Shown piece after piece: positions 7,942 to 15,124 of a DNA stretch of 32,000 nucleotides. The notes beneath the pieces were generated by a model, which worked only from the letters and a program-made list of their open reading frames with translations, ran no database searches and had not been told where the DNA came from. The DNA is from Microcystis aeruginosa NIES-2549 (GTDB lineage Bacteria > Cyanobacteriota > Cyanobacteriia > Cyanobacteriales > Microcystaceae), in NCBI RefSeq assembly GCF_000981785.2, contig NZ_CP011304.1, forward strand, positions 330,001 through 362,000, in the 5' to 3' direction. The stretch's first letter is position 1. Each line of letters starts with the position of its first letter. The translations under genes and the position numbers were made by a program.

Positions 7942-10900
7942 ATGCTCACCTCTTATCAGGAACTACAAAAAGAACTTAGTTTGTCGTTACAAGACTTAAA
8001 TAGTTTTGCCGACAAATTCCAGGAAAGTTATGATATTATAGTGTCTGCAAACGAAATCAATGAGAATCATGGTGTCGGGGTTCTTTTAAAGAGAATTTTC
8101 CCTGATACCAGTGGGATAGTCTCCTTACGAACCACTAATCTCTACGGAGGGGAGCATCATTTTGGCGTTCAGAATTTTTGCCTAGATGTGCGCGGTTGTT
8201 CCTACGCAGAAATATTAGTAAAAATTCAAAAATTATTTGTTTATACAAAACCAAGAAGAGTTTTAGTAATCCCATATTTTACCGAGGATTTTTATGTAGG
8301 GGCGGCGATTAAATCTCTCTTTCAAGTCCCAGTTTGTACCTACTTGATGGATGATCAGAACGTCTATGTCAGGGCTGTGGCCGATGGCATTGTTAAGCAA
8401 TTAATAGATAATAGTGATCTAGTTTTAGGTATTTCTAAGCCCCTGTGCCAAGCCTATAGTAAAAAATACGAAAGGAAAATTTGGTTTGTACCGCCTCTAG
8501 TAGAAAGTCATTTAATGCCACCAGAAATTACCGCCCCCGATTCTATGGCAAGAGGGATTTTGATCGGTAATATCTGGTCTCAGACTTGGCTAGAAAATCT
8601 CAGGCAATTATGTCGAGAATCCCAGATCAAATTAGATTGGTATGGCAATCCTAATCGTCAATGGTTGCAATTCCAAGAAGCAGAGTTAGAACAAGATGGT
8701 ATCTTCTTTAAAGGTTACTGCAGCCAAGATGCTCTCATCTACTACTTACGTCAAGCACCTTTTGCAATCGTTCCCACCGCCAGTTCTGAAAACGAGCAAG
8801 ATCGTCCCGAATTCGCCTGTTTGAGTTTGCCTTCCCGTATTCCCTTTATTACCGCCGTTGCTAATACTCCGATCATTATTGTTGGTCGTGAAGATAGTGC
8901 CGCCGCTCAGTTCGTCAAAGAATTCGACCTAGGAACTGTCTGTGATTATAAAGCTCAAAGCTTATTAACAGAAATAGAGAAACTGCGAATAGAAAGCAAT
9001 CAACTGCGGCTCCGTTATTCCAGTCAAAAATTAGCCAAAAGCTTAAAAGCCGATCATTTTGATGATTGGCTCTGGAGATCGTTAGAACAGGGAAAACCCA
9101 TCGATAATCGCTTTGAACAATTCGAGAAAAATAGCCTTAAGTGCAGTGTGATCGTCACCGCTAGTGAAGTCAATCAAAGTCACGGGACAGGAGCTTTGGT
9201 CAGAAGAATCTTTCCCGATGATAGCGAGATTATTTCCATCCGTTCCGATAATCACTATGGTGGTGAACAACAATTCGGGGTCTTAAGCTTCCACCTTGAC
9301 CATAAGAAAATGTCGCGACCGGCGATATTTCAATCAATTCTCCAAACTCTCGGACACCATCAAGTCCAAAAAGTTTTTTGTGTCCCCTACTATGCCAGCG
9401 ATATTCTGACATCGATCGCTATTAAGGAATTATTTAATGTTCCCCTTGCCACCTACATCATGGACGATCAGAATATCTGCGTTCAGGAGATATCTGATGC
9501 TTTGATGGGGGAGTTTTTAAGCAAATGTTCCGTTCGTTTTGCCACCCATCCCGAACTCCGCGACGCTTACGAGAATAAGTACGGCTACAAATTTTGGCTC
9601 CTACCGGCGATCGTTCCCCACCGTCTCATTAATAGTGAAGTTGCCGAAGTTTCTCCCCAACGCTGTCAAGAAAAATGGGGAGCTTTATTAGGGAGTATTT
9701 GGAGTCCCCAATGGTTCCAATCTCTTTTAGAGAGTATTCAAGGAGCAGGAATTAAACTAGATTGGTATGGCAATTCTAACTATTATTGGCTCAAAGAATC
9801 TGCCGCAGAATTAGAAAAATGGGGACTTTATAGCCAAGGACTTTATCCCGAAGAACAACTAGGACAACAACTACAAGCATATCCCTTTGTTATTGTTCCC
9901 ACGGGGACCATGGACGAAAGAGATGATCGGACAGAATTGTCTCGCCTTAGTTTACCCGGCCGGATTATTTTTAACCTTGCCACCGCTAACACCCCGGTAA
10001 TTCTTTTAGGCAGTAATAAAACCTCGGCGGCTAACTTTATTAATCGCTTTCAAATCGGGGTGGTTTGTGATTATACACCCGAAAGTTTGGCAGCAGCCGT
10101 GGACTACGTTCTTAACCCAGAAAATCAGCAAAGAATGCGAGAAAATGCCGTTAAAGTAGCGGCAAAATTCTCCGATCAAGATATTAACAATTGGGTGTGG
10201 CAGTCCCTAGAAAAAGAACAGGCGTCCGATGACAGATTTGAAGCGATTTTACCTCGATCGCCGATAGATGCCGTGCCTTTTATTGAGCCACCTGTCCCCA
10301 AAAAGATTTATAAAGATTATGTGCCAGTTTATCAAGTGATGCGTCGTCTGCAAGGCCAGGGTTATCAACCGGATTTCGTTATTGATGTCGGTGCCTCCCA
10401 CGGCATCTGGTCTTTTACCGTTAGTCAATTATTCCCTGAAGCTCGTTATCTTCTCATCGATCCCTTGACTTCCCAATATGAGCAGTTCGCTAGAGATTAT
10501 TTTATCGGCAATATCCCCGTGGCAGAATTGTTGGAAGTGGCGGTTTCCAATGAAGAAGGACGTTTAAATTTGCAAGTTTCTGCCGATTTTTACTGTAGTT
10601 CCCTGCTTAATCCCGCCGATTTGAGAGACTATCAGCCGTTGGAAGTGGTTGTCACTACTATTGATCGGATCGCCGCAGAGCAGCAGATTTCCGGGCGTGG
10701 CATTCTCAAAATAGATGTTCAATACGCCGAACATCTTGTCTTAGAAGGAGCGCAAGCATTTCTCCCCCAAGTAGATTTGATTATCGCCGAACTATCCGTG
10801 ATCCGATACGATGAGAAATCTCTAGTTATTAGTGAAATGATTGATTGGTTAGACCGGTTGGGATTTCGCTATTATGACGAAACGGGAGAATGGCGATCGC

Positions 10901-11004
10901 CAATAGATGGAACTCTCTTGCAAAAGGAAATCGTCTTTATCCGTCAGGATCTATTAGTTCCCGAAACTAACCGAGAAATTAATCAATTTCCCTCTAAACC
11001 TTGA
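7942..11004 (+). CDS. Tri-modular protein: two duplicated ~370-aa modules (possibly GT-B-like glycosyltransferase) plus a C-terminal FkbM-family (Methyltransf_21) methyltransferase
   Basis: Module 1 starts at aa 31 (SANEINENHGVGVLLKRIFPD...LSLPSRIPFITAVANTPIIIVG). Module 2 starts at aa 402 (TASEVNQSHGTGALVRRIFPD...LSLPGRIIFNLATANTPVILLG). The FkbM motifs are IDVGASHGIWS (aa ~814) and LKIDVQYAEHLVLEGA (aa ~923). Confidence 0.8.
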   Translation: MLTSYQELQKELSLSLQDLNSFADKFQESYDIIVSANEINENHGVGVLLKRIFPDTSGIVSLRTTNLYGGEHHFGVQNFCLDVRGCSYAEILVKIQKLFVYTKPRRVLVIPYFTEDFYVGAAIKSLFQVPVCTYLMDDQNVYVRAVADGIVKQLIDNSDLVLGISKPLCQAYSKKYERKIWFVPPLVESHLMPPEITAPDSMARGILIGNIWSQTWLENLRQLCRESQIKLDWYGNPNRQWLQFQEAELEQDGIFFKGYCSQDALIYYLRQAPFAIVPTASSENEQDRPEFACLSLPSRIPFITAVANTPIIIVGREDSAAAQFVKEFDLGTVCDYKAQSLLTEIEKLRIESNQLRLRYSSQKLAKSLKADHFDDWLWRSLEQGKPIDNRFEQFEKNSLKCSVIVTASEVNQSHGTGALVRRIFPDDSEIISIRSDNHYGGEQQFGVLSFHLDHKKMSRPAIFQSILQTLGHHQVQKVFCVPYYASDILTSIAIKELFNVPLATYIMDDQNICVQEISDALMGEFLSKCSVRFATHPELRDAYENKYGYKFWLLPAIVPHRLINSEVAEVSPQRCQEKWGALLGSIWSPQWFQSLLESIQGAGIKLDWYGNSNYYWLKESAAELEKWGLYSQGLYPEEQLGQQLQAYPFVIVPTGTMDERDDRTELSRLSLPGRIIFNLATANTPVILLGSNKTSAANFINRFQIGVVCDYTPESLAAAVDYVLNPENQQRMRENAVKVAAKFSDQDINNWVWQSLEKEQASDDRFEAILPRSPIDAVPFIEPPVPKKIYKDYVPVYQVMRRLQGQGYQPDFVIDVGASHGIWSFTVSQLFPEARYLLIDPLTSQYEQFARDYFIGNIPVAELLEVAVSNEEGRLNLQVSADFYCSSLLNPADLRDYQPLEVVVTTIDRIAAEQQISGRGILKIDVQYAEHLVLEGAQAFLPQVDLIIAELSVIRYDEKSLVISEMIDWLDRLGFRYYDETGEWRSPIDGTLLQKEIVFIRQDLLVPETNREINQFPSKP

Positions 11005-11028
11005 TCCTCTATACCTAAAATATACCCC

Positions 11029-12417
11029 ATGATGAAACAATTATTAGCCAAAAATAAAATAGTTCGGCGAGTTAAAGCAGTCAAAGATTTATTTTTAGAA
11101 AAACTTGATTTACTCAGTCATGTCCAACTTGAACAAATCCAAAAACTGGAAAAACTGGAGAAACTTAATCAGCTTGATCCCTTAGATTTTAAGGTTGAGC
11201 AACTCAATAACTCCACGGAGCAAATCCGACAAGAAAATGCAGAAACCAAGCGAAAGGCTGATTTATCACTGGAAAATCAAGCCTTTTTGCTCAAGTTTTC
11301 CGTCGATATAATTAAAAATATGCAAGTATTGACGGAAAAAATCCAGACAAATCACAGCCAATCTCAAAAACAGCACGAATCAACTCTGGACACTTTCCAA
11401 AAAATAGCCAGCGATGTGCGATTAGACTCCCAAAAAATAGCCAGCGATGTGCGACAAGACTCCCAAAAACATAGTGATTTAATTCTCGATTCTTTCCAGA
11501 GAATTTATGAAGCTTACCAACAGCAAAGCGATGCTATTTTTGGAACCGTACAGAAAATACAAGAAAATCTCCATCAAATCAGCGAAGATAACCGCCAAAT
11601 CTTTGAAGATATTCACTCTCAAAAATATAAAGTCATTACCGATCAACAATATTTCCAAGATCTAGACATCGAATTAATGACTTATTTATATTCCTATCTT
11701 CCCCATCGTCTAGCATTAGATATTGGTGCTAATCGTGGCGATGTTTCTAGTCGTCTCCTACAAGCTGGTTATCAAGTTTATGCCTTTGAACCTTTTCCTC
11801 CCGTCATCGATAAGCTGAAAAATCGCCTCGGTGATCATCCTAACTTTCGGCTTTTTCCCTTTGCTCTCGGTTCCGAAAATCAAACCCAAGAACTGAATAT
11901 AGCCACGGATGAAACCGCCGACAACACCTATCAAGATGCCAGCTTTTATAGCAGTCTAACCAAGCATTCTCTTTCCGAAGGTTTAGTATTTACCGATACT
12001 ATTCCCGTCACCGTTAAAACCCTAGCCAGCCTCCACGATGGCGAGGAATTACCTAAAGATATTGGTTTAGTTAAAATTGACACAGAAGGCTTTGATTTAG
12101 AAGTAATCAAAGGTATGGGCAACTATCGTTATCCCGTGGTAGTTGCGGAATTTTGGGATAAAAATTTCCCCTTTGGTCGTTCGGGAGCGATGAATCAATT
12201 ACCAGATTTAGTCAAGGCCATGAAAGAAAGAGATTATCATTGGCATCTAGTTATCTATCGTATTTGGGGAAGTTCCGACGTTAGTTATTACTGTAATTCT
12301 GCATATTCCCTCGATAATTCTTGGGGCAATGTTTTCTTTTTCAAAGATTATCAGGTCTTCCATCAAGCCTTACTTTGGTCTGCTTCTGTTATGCCAGCTA
12401 CCTACTTTTCTGCTTAG
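11029..12417 (+). CDS. N-terminal ~200-aa coiled-coil region fused to an FkbM-family methyltransferase
   Basis: The N-terminal half is rich in Q/K/E/L and heptad-like (LEQIQKLEKLEKLNQL, QKIASDVRLDSQKIASDVRQDSQK). The C-terminal half has LDIGANRGDVSS and VKIDTEGFDLEVIKGM. Confidence 0.8.
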   Translation: MMKQLLAKNKIVRRVKAVKDLFLEKLDLLSHVQLEQIQKLEKLEKLNQLDPLDFKVEQLNNSTEQIRQENAETKRKADLSLENQAFLLKFSVDIIKNMQVLTEKIQTNHSQSQKQHESTLDTFQKIASDVRLDSQKIASDVRQDSQKHSDLILDSFQRIYEAYQQQSDAIFGTVQKIQENLHQISEDNRQIFEDIHSQKYKVITDQQYFQDLDIELMTYLYSYLPHRLALDIGANRGDVSSRLLQAGYQVYAFEPFPPVIDKLKNRLGDHPNFRLFPFALGSENQTQELNIATDETADNTYQDASFYSSLTKHSLSEGLVFTDTIPVTVKTLASLHDGEELPKDIGLVKIDTEGFDLEVIKGMGNYRYPVVVAEFWDKNFPFGRSGAMNQLPDLVKAMKERDYHWHLVIYRIWGSSDVSYYCNSAYSLDNSWGNVFFFKDYQVFHQALLWSASVMPATYFSA

Positions 12418-12465
12418 AAAATTAGAAGTCAATTATTTTTCACAGAATAACTAACTAGGTGAGTA

Positions 12466-13971
12466 ATGATTATGAAAAAAAATATATCCTTAAGCAGTGA
12501 AATTTTGATTCTCATCGGTTTGGGAATTGCTTTTTTGCTAGTAGGCATATTCTTTGGACCTAGATTACAACCCGTGTGGATAGATGAAGTAGCATTGACA
12601 GAACCAGCAGCCAATCTAGCTTTATACGACAGTTTTACCTCGGCTGCTTGGTGGCATCAAAATGCTCAAGAGTTCCATGTTGGCGTTTCTTTTCTTTATA
12701 CATTTTTGCTGGCTTTATGGATAAAAGTTTTGGGATTTAGTATTGAAAAAGTTAGGCTTTTTAATTATGTGTTAATGCTTCTTAGCATCACTGTAATCTG
12801 GTTATTCATCAAGAACTTGCCTTTAATTAAGTTTTCTTGGCTAAGAATCATCCTAGTGGTTAGTTGTCTTTTGCCAGCAGGAATTACCTTTATTTATACA
12901 TCGGGAAGGTACGACACTTCCTGCATTTTCTTATCAGCACTGGTTTTGGGAGCTTTTTTAATAAAAGATGCTAAAATCCGATGGCTTACTATGACAATTA
13001 TTGGATTTTTCTTTCCCCTTTCCGGATTGTCAGCAGTGGCCTTTGCCATAATTTTTGGCGTTATCCTACTCCTTTTCAACTTTCAGCGATTTTTTCGGGA
13101 ATTTGTCGCTCTAATTGGGGGATTTATTTTAGGAATGTTATTTCTTTATGCACTTTACTCAACCAATGGTGTTTGGGATGATTTTGTTGGTATGACTTTG
13201 GGTCAGATTGCTGACAATGCCAACCGCAACAGAAGTGTCATTGATATAATATTTTCCAAAGTGAGCAAACTTTTTGACCAGAAAGATTATGTGTGTCGTG
13301 GCTGCTCGGGAGATCTGTCTTTTCCCCCACTGTCAGTACTGCTGATGATCTTGATATTTTATGAACTATTGACCAAATCTTTCCAGTGGCGTTCTCCTTC
13401 CTTTTTTGCTTTGATCACCGTTATTACCATACCAACTACTATGTGTTTTCTGGGGAAATATCCACTTTATTATAGTTGGATGTCGATGTTTCCCTTGATA
13501 ATTTGTATTTGCTGGAGTTTTAATAACATTTTAGAAAAAAATACTGGCAAAATTCAGACGACAATTATTAGTATAGCTTTTTTGGTTTTATTGTTTTATG
13601 CCAACTTACTAGGACTACCTTACCGAGCGCAAATTACCTTACAACAATGGGAAAATAATGACTATACTAAAGTACAAAACTTTCTTGACAACAAAATCAA
13701 TCATGAGGAGCATATTTATGCTGATTTTCAAGCATTCTACGCCCTCAAGTCTCGGGGTAAACGAGTTTATTTCCCCCTTTATAATGGGCAGATGACACCA
13801 GAGGATAGGGATAATCTTTCATTAATTGTCATTGATCCTAGGGCCAGTGCTAGAGCGCCCTGGAATCCCGGATTAGCAGAAATTGTTGGCGACTCACTCC
13901 CCCAGTGGTACGATACAGGAGAACAGTTAGATACAGGCACTTATGGGATGAAATTGTACCGAAAAAGATAA
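12466..13971 (+). CDS. Polytopic membrane protein, GT-C-like glycosyltransferase / oligosaccharyl-transferase candidate
   Basis: 501 aa with about 11-13 hydrophobic segments and an acidic WIDEV motif directly after TM1, as in GT-C enzymes. The C-terminal ~110 aa are soluble. The family assignment is not secure. Confidence 0.6.
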   Translation: MIMKKNISLSSEILILIGLGIAFLLVGIFFGPRLQPVWIDEVALTEPAANLALYDSFTSAAWWHQNAQEFHVGVSFLYTFLLALWIKVLGFSIEKVRLFNYVLMLLSITVIWLFIKNLPLIKFSWLRIILVVSCLLPAGITFIYTSGRYDTSCIFLSALVLGAFLIKDAKIRWLTMTIIGFFFPLSGLSAVAFAIIFGVILLLFNFQRFFREFVALIGGFILGMLFLYALYSTNGVWDDFVGMTLGQIADNANRNRSVIDIIFSKVSKLFDQKDYVCRGCSGDLSFPPLSVLLMILIFYELLTKSFQWRSPSFFALITVITIPTTMCFLGKYPLYYSWMSMFPLIICICWSFNNILEKNTGKIQTTIISIAFLVLLFYANLLGLPYRAQITLQQWENNDYTKVQNFLDNKINHEEHIYADFQAFYALKSRGKRVYFPLYNGQMTPEDRDNLSLIVIDPRASARAPWNPGLAEIVGDSLPQWYDTGEQLDTGTYGMKLYRKR

Positions 13972-13992
13972 ACCCGAAGTAATTCCAAGGAT

Positions 13993-14739
13993 ATGAACTC
14001 TGAAAAACTGCAATTAAGGTCTGATTATCAAAAAATGCTTGATGACTTAGATCCTCAAGTCCTCCAGTTGGATCGACAGGTATTTAAACGGCTACAAAAC
14101 CTAGGTTACACCCCAAGGGTGATCTTTGATGTGGGTGCCTCTAATAGTGGCTGGTCCTACTATATCAAACAGGTGCTGCAGGAAGCTGAATTTTATCTCT
14201 TTGAACCTCTTATCGAATACAGCAGCGACTATCGGGAATTAATCTCAGAAATTCTGCGAGTCTATCCCTCCTTTCATCTGTATAAATACGCCCTAGGTGA
14301 AACCTGCGGCGAGGTGACGATGAATGTTTCCACGGACGTGGTGAGCAGTAGCCTCTTGCAAACCGGTGATGAGAGTCAGCCCACCACCCCCATCTCGGTG
14401 CAAATGTTAACAATTGATGACGCAATTGCCCGACTTGGTTTACCCCATCCCCAAGTGATCAAAATTGATACCCAAGGCTCGGAGTTGTCTATACTTAAAG
14501 GAGCCGTCAAAACCCTAGCTAAAGTCGATGTTCTCTTTCTCGAATGCTGGCTCTATCGGGGCTATGGCCAAAAAACTCCCCTCTTAACCGAAATCGCCGA
14601 TTGGTTATTATCCTTTAATTTTCGGCTTTGGGATGTGGCCGATGCCTATCGCGATCAAGGGGGAGTGCTAACCACATTAGATTGTATTTTTGTAAATACT
14701 CAAGCCAGTATTACCCCGATTTGGTACTATGAGAACTAG
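13993..14739 (+). CDS. Stand-alone FkbM-family methyltransferase
   Basis: 248 aa with FDVGASNSGWSYY and IKIDTQGSELSILKGA motifs. Confidence 0.85.
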   Translation: MNSEKLQLRSDYQKMLDDLDPQVLQLDRQVFKRLQNLGYTPRVIFDVGASNSGWSYYIKQVLQEAEFYLFEPLIEYSSDYRELISEILRVYPSFHLYKYALGETCGEVTMNVSTDVVSSSLLQTGDESQPTTPISVQMLTIDDAIARLGLPHPQVIKIDTQGSELSILKGAVKTLAKVDVLFLECWLYRGYGQKTPLLTEIADWLLSFNFRLWDVADAYRDQGGVLTTLDCIFVNTQASITPIWYYEN

Positions 14740-15014
14740 AGTGGCTTGACTTTCCTAACCCTTCTAGTCTTTGCCGTGCCAGGGAAAAGAAGAACAGTCT
14801 ATTTTCTTCCCAGATATCCGATAGACCAAGTACCAAGTTGGAGAGCAAGGGACAGGATTAAACAGTCCTTAGATCACTATCTCGGTCAGGGAAAATTAAG
14901 CCATAGTTAAGAGGGCTTTTCCTAACCCCAGTTTTTCCTGCGGGAAAAACTTAGGGTCAAGCCTCCATTCAGACTATCCAAGGAATAACTTTTTTATGTC
15001 CACCGGATTTCTAC

Positions 15015-15043
15015 TTGCCCAAACCAGAAAAATTTGTTATACT
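15015..15043 (+). promoter_or_regulatory. Putative sigma70-type promoter TTGCCC-N17-TATACT for the surface-protein gene
   Basis: The hexamers and 17-nt spacer were read directly. They lie ~80 nt upstream of ATG 15125, which is preceded by the GAGGAG Shine-Dalgarno at 15106-15111. Confidence 0.4.
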
Positions 15044-15124
15044 TTTATCCGAGTAGCCGTTAGGGTCCCCCGACCTCTGGACGGACTCAAATTATCATAA
15101 CCGTGAGGAGTTGAGATTAAAAAC

